From an archaeon (GTDB lineage: Archaea > Nanobdellota > Nanobdellia > Pacearchaeales > GW2011-AR1): a stretch of DNA of 64,000 bases. The notes under the pieces are model-generated. The model did not search any database. It worked only from the letters and a program-made list of their open reading frames with translations, and was not told the DNA's origin. Below are positions 53,651 to 63,383 of this stretch, in pieces; positions within the stretch are counted from its first letter, which is position 1, and the number at the start of each line of letters is the position of its first letter. The position numbers and the translations under genes are program-made. The stretch is taken from the NCBI GenBank assembly GCA_043810775.1, contig JBDRNU010000026.1, positions 4,639-68,638 of the forward strand. The letters are read 5' to 3'.

Positions 53651-54067
53651 ATGGCAGATTATAACAGTTTATTAGAAGAAGCTTATAAAAAAATAAAACC
53701 TATTACTAGCAAGGGTGCTGAAAGATTTGAAATTCAAAAAGTGGAGGGTCACATTGAAGGAAATAAAACTATAATTACAAACTTTGTTCAAATGTCAAAT
53801 CATTTAAGAAGAAATCCAGACCACTTTTCTAAATACCTTTTAAGAGAGCTTGCAACTTCTGGTGTAATAGAAGGTGAAAGATTAGTTTTGCAAAGAAAAA
53901 TTTCTTCATCAAGAATAAATGAAAAGATTGACTCATATGTAAAAGAATTTGTAATATGTAAAGAGTGTAAAAAACCTGATACTGAGCTAATAAAGCAAGA
54001 TAGATTAATGTTCATTCATTGTTTAGCTTGTGGAGCTAAACATTCAGTGAGAGCTAAAATAACTTAA
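53651..54067 (+). CDS. Translation initiation factor aIF2 beta subunit
   Basis: NFVQMSNHLRRNPDHFSKYLLRELATSG and the C-terminal zinc ribbon CKECKKPDT...CLACGA. ATG at 53651 is preferred over the TTG at 53636. Confidence 0.9.
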   Translation: MADYNSLLEEAYKKIKPITSKGAERFEIQKVEGHIEGNKTIITNFVQMSNHLRRNPDHFSKYLLRELATSGVIEGERLVLQRKISSSRINEKIDSYVKEFVICKECKKPDTELIKQDRLMFIHCLACGAKHSVRAKIT

Positions 54068-54076
54068 GGAGGTAAA

Positions 54077-54244
54077 ATGGTTGAAGGTAGATGTATGAGA
54101 TGTAAAGAGCAAAAAGAGATGAAAGATTTGAAGATTGAGAGAACATCCAGAGGCGGTTATATCGCCAAAGGTAAATGCAAGGACTGCAACACAAAGATGG
54201 CAAAAATCCTCTCAAAAGATCAAGCAGAAAAACTAAAAGGATAA
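54077..54244 (+). CDS. Small zinc-ribbon protein (DUF5679-like)
   Basis: Own translation, 55 aa and below the track cutoff: MVEGRCMRCKEQKEMKDLKIERTSRGGYIAKGKCKDCNTKMAKILSKDQAEKLKG. Strong SD AAGGAGGT sits 3-4 nt upstream. Confidence 0.55.
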   Translation: MVEGRCMRCKEQKEMKDLKIERTSRGGYIAKGKCKDCNTKMAKILSKDQAEKLKG

Positions 54245-54254
54245 TTAAAGGAAA

Positions 54255-54551
54255 ATGTACTATAAAGTACACAAATCATATAGGGAAGTAATTGCTATTT
54301 GTGATTCTGAATTACTTGGGAAGAAATTTGAAGAGGAAGATAAACTCCTTGAAGTTAGGGAAACTTTTTATAATGGAGAAGAAGTAAGTGAAGCCAAAAT
54401 TCACAAAATAATGGAAGATTTTGCAAAAGAAGACGCGACTTTTAATATAGTTGGAGAAAAATCTGTTAATATTGCTCTAAAACTAGGCATAGTAAGTAAA
54501 GAAGGAATTAAAAAAGTGCAAGGCGTTCCTTTTGCATTAGTTCTTCTCTAA
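54255..54551 (+). CDS. DUF424-like archaeal protein
   Basis: YREVIAICDSELLGKKFEE...FNIVGEKSVNIALKLG pattern. Its position after aIF2-beta is usual. Confidence 0.55.
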   Translation: MYYKVHKSYREVIAICDSELLGKKFEEEDKLLEVRETFYNGEEVSEAKIHKIMEDFAKEDATFNIVGEKSVNIALKLGIVSKEGIKKVQGVPFALVLL

Positions 54552-55085
54552 TAAAACAAAAAATTCAACATTTTTTCCTTTCTCTCCCTTTATAGGAGAC
54601 TTTGCAATTCCCAAAACAGTTGCTTCTCCATCCAAATCTTTTTTAACCTTATCAATTACATTTCCAAGATTTTCTTCTTTAAGAGTCCCTTTATCTAACC
54701 ATTCTGGATAAGCCTCATACTGCGGCTTGACAAGAGAAATTATCTTTCCATCATTTTTTAAATTTTTAATTGCATTAGGAATTATTTTTTTCTGAGGAGT
54801 CCATCCAACATCTATAGTAATAATATCTACTTTTTCAGGCAAAGTAACATACATTGCATTTACCTCATCTATTACTTCAACTCTTTTATCATCTTTGAGC
54901 ATAAAATGAAGCCTATTTCTACCATTATCAACTGAATACACTTTCAAAGCTCCTTTTTCAAGCAAAACTTGTACAAATCCTCCAGTTGAACTGCCAAGAT
55001 CAGCGCATACCTTTTCTTTTATATCTATTCCAAACTTTTCAACAGCAAATTTTAACTTATCATACCCCCTTGATACTGGTTTCAT
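54537..55085 (-). CDS. TlyA/FtsJ-like rRNA 2'-O-methyltransferase (no S4 domain)
   Basis: RGYDKLKFAVEKFGIDIKEKVCADLGSSTGGFVQVLLEKGALKVYSVD. Confidence 0.75.
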   Translation of the reverse strand: MKPVSRGYDKLKFAVEKFGIDIKEKVCADLGSSTGGFVQVLLEKGALKVYSVDNGRNRLHFMLKDDKRVEVIDEVNAMYVTLPEKVDIITIDVGWTPQKKIIPNAIKNLKNDGKIISLVKPQYEAYPEWLDKGTLKEENLGNVIDKVKKDLDGEATVLGIAKSPIKGEKGKNVEFFVLLEKN

Positions 55086-55115
55086 ATTAATAGTAAGAAC
55101 TAATAATTAATAAAA

Positions 55116-55592
55116 TTAACTGACAAAATACCTTAAATTTTTCTTATGCCTTTTTTCTTTTATTTTAGTTAAACTAGCTGAATAAGTCTTTTCTTTTTCC
55201 CCCTTTAACAACTCACCCATTTTATCCCTTTTCTCAACTAATCTTTTACTCCCCATTCTCCAAAAATACCATATATCAACTTGAGTCATTAATACAGCCT
55301 CATCAACCATATCATCAAATAAAGAAAGGTCTTCTTGAAGAACTATTTCACAAACTCTCTCCATAAAATTATTTTCCACTTTTTTCCTAGCATCCACTAA
55401 GCTAAGGTTGCTTCTCCCATCTATTCTATTTTCATAACCCCTTGCAACTATTTTATAGTTTGAAGAAACAGGTTTTTCAAGCCATTTTTCAAAATCTCCC
55501 CTACTCTTAAAAAATTCAAAAAATTTCTCTCCACTAAGCTGTCCTCCCTTAATCTCTAAAACAACATTATAATTTCCCAGTTCATCATTCAT
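55116..55592 (-). CDS. Hypothetical protein
   Basis: 158-aa ORF. Confidence 0.4.
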   Translation of the reverse strand: MNDELGNYNVVLEIKGGQLSGEKFFEFFKSRGDFEKWLEKPVSSNYKIVARGYENRIDGRSNLSLVDARKKVENNFMERVCEIVLQEDLSLFDDMVDEAVLMTQVDIWYFWRMGSKRLVEKRDKMGELLKGEKEKTYSASLTKIKEKRHKKNLRYFVS

Positions 55593-55704
55593 TAAATCAT
55601 CAGAATTACCTATATTTTTAAAATATTATATCACTTAAGTATATACTTTCAATACCTTTATAAAGCAATTCAAATTTGAGAATATAAGGAAAATTTAAGC
55701 TAAA

Positions 55705-56025
55705 ATGGCAAAAGAATATAGAAACAAAGAAGAACACGAAATAACTAGAGTTAGAACTCCAAGAGGGCGCGAAATTCTTGGTATAGTTGAACAAAGATTT
55801 GGAGGGATGAAAATGCTAGTTAAATGCCTTGATGGAATAGCTCGAAATTGTAGAATTCCAGGCAGATACAAGAGAAAACTCTGGATTAGAGAAGGTAATA
55901 TTGTACTTGTAGAGCCATGGGAATTTGATAATAATAAGGGGGATATAATTTTTAAATATCACCCAGCAGCAGTAGATTGGTTAAAGAAAAAAGGTTATCT
56001 AAAAGAAGTATCAGACGAATTTTAA
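55705..56025 (+). CDS. eif1A: Translation initiation factor aIF1A
   Basis: S1-like OB: MLVKCLDGIARNCRIPGRYKRKLWIREGNIVLVEPWEF. TTTATAAA box lies about 35 nt upstream. Confidence 0.9.
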   Translation: MAKEYRNKEEHEITRVRTPRGREILGIVEQRFGGMKMLVKCLDGIARNCRIPGRYKRKLWIREGNIVLVEPWEFDNNKGDIIFKYHPAAVDWLKKKGYLKEVSDEF

Positions 56026-56026
56026 A

Positions 56027-56533
56027 ATGCATAGCTTACCATTTGAAAACATAAGAAAAGTTATAGCTCATAAGAAACTTCTTGAAAAAAAGCTAAAAGT
56101 TAAAATTTTAATTAAAAAAAAGTTTATAACTATTTCTGGAACTGAAGAAAATGAATATTTTGCAGTTAAGGTATTTGAAGCTATAGATGCAGACTTTCCA
56201 ATAGATATATCCTTGCTTATTGCTGACTCTCCAGAAGAATATATGATTGAACATCTCTCTATTAAAGAATTCACAAGAAGACCAAATTTAGCAGAAGTCC
56301 GAGCAAGAATTATTGGAAGAAAAGGAAAAACAAAACAAATAATAGAAGATCTTTCCAATTGCTATATTTCATTGCATGAAAATACAGTAAGTATAATAGG
56401 AAATACAGAAGATATAGGAAGAGCAACTCAAGCTATTACAAAACTAATACAGGGCAGCAAACAGTCATCAGTTTATGGATTTTTAGAAAAATCAGGGAGA
56501 AGATTTTACTCTAATTTGGGACTAAAAAAATAA
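56027..56533 (+). CDS. KH-domain RNA-binding protein (Dim2/Pno1-like)
   Basis: ARIIGRKGKTKQIIEDLSNCYISL and GRATQAITKLIQG. Adjacent to aIF1A, as in many archaea. Confidence 0.7.
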   Translation: MHSLPFENIRKVIAHKKLLEKKLKVKILIKKKFITISGTEENEYFAVKVFEAIDADFPIDISLLIADSPEEYMIEHLSIKEFTRRPNLAEVRARIIGRKGKTKQIIEDLSNCYISLHENTVSIIGNTEDIGRATQAITKLIQGSKQSSVYGFLEKSGRRFYSNLGLKK

Positions 56534-56644
56534 ACTAATAGTTCCTGTATTTCCAAGACATTTAAAGTTATAAAAAAAGCAACTTATAAGGTTTTATATG
56601 ATAAACAATAAGGTTTAAAAGCAATTTTTAGCTAATTAAACTAA

Positions 56645-56717
56645 GTCCCGGTAGCTCAGCAGGTAGAGCAACTGACTGTTAATCAGTGGGTCAGAGGTTC
56701 GAGTCCTCTCCGGGACG
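56645..56717 (+). tRNA. tRNA-Asn (anticodon GUU)
   Basis: Manual fold: acceptor GTCCCGG/CCGGGAC, anticodon stem ACTGA/TCAGT with loop CTGTTAA, T arm AGAGG-TTCGAGT-CCTCT. Confidence 0.9.
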
Positions 56718-56727
56718 TTTATTTCAA

Positions 56728-57135
56728 ATGAAAAAAGGGTTGAGAATTTTAACTATTTTAATTATAGTTTTTTTAGTAATATCAATTGCAGTTTATATTG
56801 TTTATTTAATAAAAATAAACCAAGATATTAAGAAATATAATATAAGCACCTTGAAGATTGTGAAATGTTTCTCAAATTGTCCTTTTGAATATAACCAAAC
56901 ACTGAATAAAACCTGGATGACTTCTGAGTGTGTAAATTTCTGTATAGAAAAATATCAGATAGAATATCCAAGAATATCTGCCCAAAAGTATTTTGAAAAA
57001 ATGGTTATTACTGAATTTGCCCAGTGTTTTAACAAAGAATATAATGAAGAAGAATTCAAATCGTGCCTTAATCAGGGTCTAGACGCATACACCTATATTA
57101 TTGACCTATCAGAAGAAAATACAACTCCTAGTTAA
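56728..57135 (+). CDS. Small secreted or anchored Cys-containing protein
   Basis: Start at MKKGLRILTILIIVFLV. The track start at 56686 lies inside tRNA-Asn. Confidence 0.45.
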   Translation: MKKGLRILTILIIVFLVISIAVYIVYLIKINQDIKKYNISTLKIVKCFSNCPFEYNQTLNKTWMTSECVNFCIEKYQIEYPRISAQKYFEKMVITEFAQCFNKEYNEEEFKSCLNQGLDAYTYIIDLSEENTTPS

Positions 57136-57165
57136 ATTTTTATACCCTTTAAGCCTTATTTAAAA

Positions 57166-57726
57166 ATGGACCTAGATAAAGTAACAAAAGAGCGACATTC
57201 ATGCAGAAGATTCACAAGAAAAAAACCAGACTGGAGAGATATAGTGCTGGCAATTAACTCTGCAAGAACAGCTCCAACTGCAGGAAACATCCCAACTATA
57301 AAATATATTTTAGTAGATGACTCAGAAAAAATAGCACAGCTCGCAGAAGCAGCAACTCAAGACTTTGTTGCAGAAGCTCAGTATGTAGTTGTTGTCTGCA
57401 CCAAACCAGATCAGTGTGTAAGAAGTTATGGTGAACGAGGAAAAAGATATTTCAGGCAGCAAACAGGCGCAGCAATTCAAAACTTCTTGCTTAAAATAAC
57501 TGAATTAGGCTTGGCGACTTGCTGGGTAGGAGCATTTGTTGACGATATGGTAAAGTATGCTCTACAAATACCTGAAGATATAGAAGTTGAAGCTATGTTC
57601 CCCATAGGATATGAAAGGCCTCCAAAATCTACTCAAAGGAAAAAACCAGATTTAGATATGTGTTTATACTTTAATGTATGGAAAAATAAGCACATGGTGC
57701 GCGTAAAAAGACCAGAAGCAGTATAA
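57166..57726 (+). CDS. Nitroreductase-family protein
   Basis: RHSCRRFTRKKPD, APTAGNIPT and ATCWVGAF motifs. Confidence 0.8.
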   Translation: MDLDKVTKERHSCRRFTRKKPDWRDIVLAINSARTAPTAGNIPTIKYILVDDSEKIAQLAEAATQDFVAEAQYVVVVCTKPDQCVRSYGERGKRYFRQQTGAAIQNFLLKITELGLATCWVGAFVDDMVKYALQIPEDIEVEAMFPIGYERPPKSTQRKKPDLDMCLYFNVWKNKHMVRVKRPEAV

Positions 57727-57747
57727 ATTTACTTCTCTTTTAATTAA

Positions 57748-58050
57748 TTAAAAATCATCATCGCCACTCCCACCACCCATCCAAAATCCAACCCTTTCAT
57801 TAACATAAGATTCAAGTCCAAAAGTTAGTTGCTTATCTTTAACATAATGGATTATCCTATAACTCTCAGCTTCCTGCCCATCCGTTCTTCTAAGAGCAAC
57901 ACAGCCATTATTTCCCCTAGCAACAATCTGAAATATTCCACAAGGCTCATATCCTAATTCTTCTGCTTCTCTCAAAACTTTTACTAAACTCTCACTCTCA
58001 AAAATAACTCTGCAATCTTTTCCATCCTGAATCCCATTAATCATAGGCAT
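57748..58050 (-). CDS. Hypothetical protein
   Basis: I prefer the internal start MPMINGIQ, because the longer track ORF would run through the ftsZ terminator hairpin. Confidence 0.35.
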   Translation of the reverse strand: MPMINGIQDGKDCRVIFESESLVKVLREAEELGYEPCGIFQIVARGNNGCVALRRTDGQEAESYRIIHYVKDKQLTFGLESYVNERVGFWMGGGSGDDDF

Positions 58051-58110
58051 AACAAATCTTGGATTTATTAGTTTAAAAAGAAATCTATACTCTAAAATAA
58101 TCAATAAAAA

Positions 58111-58139
58111 TAAAAAAAGCGGGCAGGCGTGAACCCGCC
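58111..58139 (-). terminator. GC-rich stem-loop followed by a T7 tract downstream of ftsZ
   Basis: The minus strand reads GGGCGGG-TTCACG-CCTGCCC-GC-TTTTTTT, about 30 nt after the ftsZ stop. A 7-bp stem with one G:U pair, standing out against the AT-rich background. Confidence 0.5.
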
Positions 58140-58168
58140 CACAGAAGTAAAAGACTAAGGGAAAATTA

Positions 58169-59251
58169 TTATCTAAAAACTTCAATTCCTAGATCTGAGA
58201 TTTCAGGCATTCCGTGACTTCTCGTATCCTCGAATCTTGGCTTGCCAAGAATATAAGGACTCTTTACTCCAGTCATAATAGTAATAACTCTAACTCTTCC
58301 TTCAAAATCCTTATTAATTCTAGCTCCAATAATAACTTGGGCTTCCGGACTTAGATTCTCTGTAACCATCATACCCACATTACTAAACTCTTCCAGTTTC
58401 ATATCAGGTCCACAAGTTATATGTATAAGAGCTCCTGTAGCCCCTCTGTAATCAACATCTAGCAATGGGTGAGTCAAAGCCTGTCTAACTGCTTCATCTA
58501 CTCTTGCAGCAGTATCGCTCTCGCCTATCCCAATGACAGCAACGTCTCCATTTTTCATAATACTAGAGACATCCGCATAGTCCAGATTAATCAATGATGG
58601 CAAGGTAATTGTTTCCACAATTCCTTTAATCATTGTACTAACCAACTCATTAGCAACAGCAAAAGCCTGCTCAATAGGTAAATTTCCAGCAATATCAACA
58701 AGCCTATTATTATCTATTACTATCACTGTATCAGTCACTTCTCTTAATTCCTGTAAACCAAACTCTGCCTTATCAATTCTAGCTTTCTCACAGTCAAAAG
58801 GCATAGTAGTAACTCCAATCACAACTGATCCAGTCTCTTTAGCTAACTGAGAAACAACTGGTGCTGCTCCAGTACCTGTTCCACCACCCATTCCAGCAAT
58901 TACAAAAACCATATCTGCTCCAGAAACCGCTTTCTTTATTTCAGAAATAGCTTCTTTTGCAGCTTCTCTTCCTTTAGCAGGATATCCACCGCATCCTAAT
59001 CCTCTAGTTAACTCTTTTCCAATTAAAATCTTTTCATCAGCCTTTGTAATACTTAAATGCAATGCATCAGTATTCATTCCATAGACAGTTGCTCCATTAA
59101 TACCCTTGTTAAATAACCAAGTAATAGCATTACTTCCAGCTCCGCCTACGCCAAAAACCTTAATGTTAGCTTTCCCGGCCTTAAGTTCGTCAAAGTTAAT
59201 ACTGTGAGTTGAAGCGTTACTTATTGCCTCTTTTGCAAAATCCAATACCAT
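58169..59251 (-). CDS. ftsZ: Cell division GTPase FtsZ
   Basis: GVGGAGSNA and the tubulin signature GMGGGTGTGAAPV. SD GGAGGT upstream. Confidence 0.95.
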   Translation of the reverse strand: MVLDFAKEAISNASTHSINFDELKAGKANIKVFGVGGAGSNAITWLFNKGINGATVYGMNTDALHLSITKADEKILIGKELTRGLGCGGYPAKGREAAKEAISEIKKAVSGADMVFVIAGMGGGTGTGAAPVVSQLAKETGSVVIGVTTMPFDCEKARIDKAEFGLQELREVTDTVIVIDNNRLVDIAGNLPIEQAFAVANELVSTMIKGIVETITLPSLINLDYADVSSIMKNGDVAVIGIGESDTAARVDEAVRQALTHPLLDVDYRGATGALIHITCGPDMKLEEFSNVGMMVTENLSPEAQVIIGARINKDFEGRVRVITIMTGVKSPYILGKPRFEDTRSHGMPEISDLGIEVFR

Positions 59252-59494
59252 GTTTTAAACCTCCTTTCAATTATCCTTGAGTATAAGAAGTATTATTAAA
59301 TATTAAAGCAAACATTTAAATACTTCTTACACTTCTATTTAACATTAGAAAAAATATACTGACAAATAATATAACGGAAATTTCACCTCATTTCCCCTTA
59401 GGACATTAATTCATTTCCCCCGAATTGAATTAATATTAAAATATACAATATCTATTTCTTTATAAATCTTTTTATTATACAGAATATAATTAAA

Positions 59495-60049
59495 TTATAA
59501 CAAATTTTCGAATTTTTTTATCTTTTCTCTTGTTTTCCATAGTTTTTTGTTAGCTTCTTTTACTAAAAGTTTTAAGTAAGCGTCGTCAACAAGAATTTTT
59601 CTTTTATTCATTATTGGTAAGATTATCTTTTCAGTTGAGAACATCTCACACACAATCCTTTTGCCAGAAGACATTATCCCGCTTATTTTAAATCCAGAAA
59701 GTTTTGCATTTTCTAGTAATTTTTTAGCACTATTCATATTTTCGCAGCAAGCAACTACTAAACAAGGTTCTTGCTTAAAATAAATCAAACCTTTATAATC
59801 AATCTTATTAAGTTCTTTTTTCAATTTGTTAAAACTAATTTTATCATGAGTCCTGAATAAAAATAAACCTTTTTGTTTTTTGTCAGACTCCTTCAACAAT
59901 AAAATCCTCCCAGAACACGAAGAAGTAGTATAATAATCTTTTTTATTATTAATTTTATTGCATAAGTTCAAAATAGAGGTATCCCAACTATTAATATTAC
60001 TTCTATCTTTTTTGCCTAATTTTACTCTCTTAACTTGGTCAAATTTCAT
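59495..60049 (-). CDS. taw3: tRNA wyosine-derivative methyltransferase Taw3/TYW3
   Basis: DYYTTSSCSGRILLL signature, 184 aa. Confidence 0.8.
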   Translation of the reverse strand: MKFDQVKRVKLGKKDRSNINSWDTSILNLCNKINNKKDYYTTSSCSGRILLLKESDKKQKGLFLFRTHDKISFNKLKKELNKIDYKGLIYFKQEPCLVVACCENMNSAKKLLENAKLSGFKISGIMSSGKRIVCEMFSTEKIILPIMNKRKILVDDAYLKLLVKEANKKLWKTREKIKKFENLL

Positions 60050-60134
60050 AACTTAAAATATAAATCCTTATTTTTAATGTTTTGCATAACTTTTTAAACT
60101 AAAACCTTTAATTAAAACTAAGCTTAAATGGAAA

Positions 60135-61154
60135 ATGGAAACGCCCCACTTTATTTTTTATCCTGAAATTTTAAGATCAAACTATAGGGAATTCTATGAA
60201 TCCTGTCAAAATAACCTAAAAAACTACAAAATTGTATATTCAGTAAAAACAAATCCTTATCAAAAAGTGGTTAAAACACTAAGTATGGAAAATATAGGCC
60301 TTGAACTTGCTTCTTTAGAAGAAATAAAAGCCACTTCTAAATACAAAAAATTTAAAATTCTAAATGGTCCGGCAAAAAGTGAAAAAGAGCTTAAAATAGC
60401 TATTAAAAGCAAGTTTCTTATTAATGCAGATTCAAAATCAGAAATTGATAAAATTTCAAATATACTCAAAGGAAAAAATTTAGAAATAGGGCTGAGAGTT
60501 TCGCTAAATGAGTCAAAATTTGGTTTTGAAATAGAAAAAATAAAGGAAATTGAAAATTACACAAAAACAAAGAATTTGCAAGTAGTCTCACTTCATTTTC
60601 ACCAAGGAACTCAACTTAGTCTAAAGAAATATAAAGAAAATCTTGAAAAGTTTTCCAAAATATTAAGCAAATTAAATCTTAACTTAAAATATATTAATCT
60701 GGGTGGGGGATTTCCTGACAAGTTCCAGATGACTAATCTAAACGCTAAACTAAATGATTATATTTTCACAATAAAAGAAAATCTTGAAAAGTTTAATTCA
60801 ACTATAATTCTCGAACCAGGAAGATTTCTTGTAGCAAACTCCTTTATCTTGCTCACCAAAGTAAGAGTAATAAAAGAAAATTTTGGCAGAAATTATGCAA
60901 TTCTCGACGCTGGTATAAATTTGCTTCCTAAAATATCTCTGGCAGTTTATAAGTTTACAAAAGCAGACGGAAGCAGCGGAGAAAAGAAAGAATATATTTT
61001 AGCTGGCCCATTATTATTTTCAAATGACCTTCTAGGAAAATTTTATGGTAATTTACAAGAAGGAGATATAATAAAAATAGAAAATGTTGGAGCTTACTGT
61101 TATTCTCTTGCCTGGGAAATTTCTTATAAAAAACCTAAAATTATATTAAATTAA
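60135..61154 (+). CDS. PLP-dependent fold-type III decarboxylase (Orn/DAP/Arg decarboxylase family), short form
   Basis: YSVKTNP (PLP Lys), GGGFP, EPGRFLV and GAYCYSL motifs. 339 aa. Confidence 0.75.
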   Translation: METPHFIFYPEILRSNYREFYESCQNNLKNYKIVYSVKTNPYQKVVKTLSMENIGLELASLEEIKATSKYKKFKILNGPAKSEKELKIAIKSKFLINADSKSEIDKISNILKGKNLEIGLRVSLNESKFGFEIEKIKEIENYTKTKNLQVVSLHFHQGTQLSLKKYKENLEKFSKILSKLNLNLKYINLGGGFPDKFQMTNLNAKLNDYIFTIKENLEKFNSTIILEPGRFLVANSFILLTKVRVIKENFGRNYAILDAGINLLPKISLAVYKFTKADGSSGEKKEYILAGPLLFSNDLLGKFYGNLQEGDIIKIENVGAYCYSLAWEISYKKPKIILN

Positions 61155-61155
61155 A

Positions 61156-61884
61156 ATGGAATTCACACAAGCATATAGAGCAATAGTAAAAGCAAGTAAG
61201 GAAAAAAATACAAAAGAAATCCCGACTATCCTAAGCTGTTTTGATTTTGAAAATTTGAACTGTTTGGAAATAGGTCCAGGTCCTGACGCTAGGCTTGCAA
61301 TAAAAATATCCGGCTTCCCAAATCATATCACTCTTCTTACAGACCAAGAAACCTCTCTTCTAGAAATTGAGAAAATAATAATCCACAAGAAACTAGATAA
61401 AAAAATAAAGGTTGAGCAATATAATAGTAAATCAAAAAAATTACCTTTTGAATCAGGCAGTTTTGATTTAATATATGGTGGCTGGCTTCCACATAAACTA
61501 GTAACAGATAAAATATTTTTAGATGAAGTATCAAGAATTTCAAAAAAATATCTCTTATTTATACTGCCCGGAATTAAAGGAAACGAACCAGAACTTATTT
61601 CTATTCAAAATAAAAATGAAAAAGAAAGAAGAATAAATTATAGGAAGATTATATCAGATTATTTATTATCTAAAGGATTTAAAATCACTTATAAAGAAAA
61701 TATTCTCAGGCTTGATTTCAAAGATGCTCAGGAAATTAAAGAAGTCTTTTACTGCCTTGCCTTTAAAAACAAGGTTAGTGAATTTCCAGAAGAAGTAAAA
61801 GGAAAAATTGATGAATTTCTAGAAAAAAAAGTTCACAACTTCCAAGATGGATTTTACTGTATTATAGCTGAAAAAACTAAATAA
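61156..61884 (+). CDS. Putative SAM-dependent methyltransferase-like protein
   Basis: CLEIGPGPDARLA (motif I-like) and FDLIYGGW. Starts 1 nt after the decarboxylase stop. Confidence 0.45.
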   Translation: MEFTQAYRAIVKASKEKNTKEIPTILSCFDFENLNCLEIGPGPDARLAIKISGFPNHITLLTDQETSLLEIEKIIIHKKLDKKIKVEQYNSKSKKLPFESGSFDLIYGGWLPHKLVTDKIFLDEVSRISKKYLLFILPGIKGNEPELISIQNKNEKERRINYRKIISDYLLSKGFKITYKENILRLDFKDAQEIKEVFYCLAFKNKVSEFPEEVKGKIDEFLEKKVHNFQDGFYCIIAEKTK

Positions 61885-62728
61885 TCCCCATATCAAAAGT
61901 AAAATGCTCCACTCCTGGAGAATACCCTTTTACTTTCACTGCTCTTAAAAGCTTAACTTTTAGACTTTCTTTTTCAGCAATCTTCTTAATCTCATTAAAT
62001 TGTTTTTTAATATCTTCTGCTTTATCATTAATATTAACTAAAGTTTCATAATGGATTACTCCTTTCTTATTTATAATCTTAAAAGCATATTTCAGATAAT
62101 TTTTAGGAGGAGGTAAATAACCCATCATAACTCTATCAGCTTTAATTCCATTTTCAACAAGTTTCCCTATTTCCTTGATACAATCTCCTTTAATTACTTC
62201 AACATTTTTCAGTTTATTCAGCAGAATATTTTCCTTAAGATACTTATAAGCTACAGGATTTAATTCAATTGAATAAACTTTCCAGGCATTTTTAGCCATT
62301 CCAAGTGTAAAATATCCAATACCTGCAAACATATCAACAATTACTTCATTTTTTTTAACCTGGAAGGCAATTCTCTTTTTTTCATTAATATTTCCTTTAG
62401 CAAACATTATCTTACTAATATCTAATTTATAATAAATGCCATTTTCTAAATGAATGGTTTCAGTATTTTTTTCTCCTGCAATTACTTCAAGTTGAGGTTT
62501 TCTATATTTTCCTTTTATTCCTCCTTTTCTTACACATACAGTTCTTATTCTCGGAAAGATTTTCAGAATAGCTTTTCCAATTTCATCTTTATTTTTAAGT
62601 ATCTTTGGATCTAAATTTAAGATAATAATATCACCTATATTCTGAAAACCATTAGGAAGCAACTCAGAATTCTCTATCGCAATTTTTTCCTTTAAGATAT
62701 CCTTAAAAGCCATTTTAACTTTTCTCAA
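61877..62728 (-). CDS. Met-10+ family tRNA modification enzyme (Trm5 or Taw2/TYW2 type)
   Basis: VVDMFAGIGYFTL SAM motif and RVMMGYLPPP. The Trm5 versus Taw2 distinction cannot be made by eye. Confidence 0.75.
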   Translation of the reverse strand: MRKVKMAFKDILKEKIAIENSELLPNGFQNIGDIIILNLDPKILKNKDEIGKAILKIFPRIRTVCVRKGGIKGKYRKPQLEVIAGEKNTETIHLENGIYYKLDISKIMFAKGNINEKKRIAFQVKKNEVIVDMFAGIGYFTLGMAKNAWKVYSIELNPVAYKYLKENILLNKLKNVEVIKGDCIKEIGKLVENGIKADRVMMGYLPPPKNYLKYAFKIINKKGVIHYETLVNINDKAEDIKKQFNEIKKIAEKESLKVKLLRAVKVKGYSPGVEHFTFDMGII

Positions 62729-63377
62729 GAATCATAGCATTAATACCCTCTTCCTGGCATAATTCAATAAACTTACTAGCATCTTCTTCAGTCCCAACAA
62801 CCCCACCTCCAAAATGCATAGGTATCGCTAAAGAAGGCTTTATTATCTTAGCTGCCTCAGCAGCCTCCTCATAATTCATAGTATAAGTTCCCCCAACTGG
62901 AAGTAAAGCTACAAACTCTCCTGATTTGCTCTTATATCCAGTCAGCTTCTCCATTTCAGGAACAAGGTCAGTATCCCCTGCATGATATATAACTACTTGC
63001 CCCTGCTTTACAAGATAACCATTCCAGTTTTCAGACTTTTTATGAAAATCCTTGTTTTTATTATAAGCTGCGACTGCAACAATCTTAACACTGCCAATCG
63101 AAATCTCATCTCCAGGTTCCATTATTTGAATCTCAACACCTTGAAATTTATTTATTTTGCTTTGAACATCAGGTGAAATAACAACTACAGTTCCTTTTTT
63201 TATTATCTTCTCAATATCTGCAAGACTACAATGGTCAAAATGACTGTGCGTAATAAGAATTATGTCTGCTTTTTCTTGGCTAGAAATATTATAAGGGTCA
63301 ATATAAATTCTCTTGGTATTAGTAATTAAAAAACCAGCATGACCTAACCATTTAATGTCCAAATCTCCAACTTTCAT
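62715..63377 (-). CDS. Metallo-beta-lactamase-fold hydrolase (UPF0173-like)
   Basis: ILITHSHFDHCS metal-binding motif, 220 aa. Confidence 0.8.
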   Translation of the reverse strand: MKVGDLDIKWLGHAGFLITNTKRIYIDPYNISSQEKADIILITHSHFDHCSLADIEKIIKKGTVVVISPDVQSKINKFQGVEIQIMEPGDEISIGSVKIVAVAAYNKNKDFHKKSENWNGYLVKQGQVVIYHAGDTDLVPEMEKLTGYKSKSGEFVALLPVGGTYTMNYEEAAEAAKIIKPSLAIPMHFGGGVVGTEEDASKFIELCQEEGINAMILEKS

Positions 63378-63383
63378 AAATTA

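Noticed and set aside
54054-54272. 72-aa minus-strand ORF
   Set aside because: It is antisense to a 55-aa zinc-ribbon ORF that has a strong AAGGAGGT SD and a recognisable CxxC...CxxC pattern. The plus-strand small gene is preferred.
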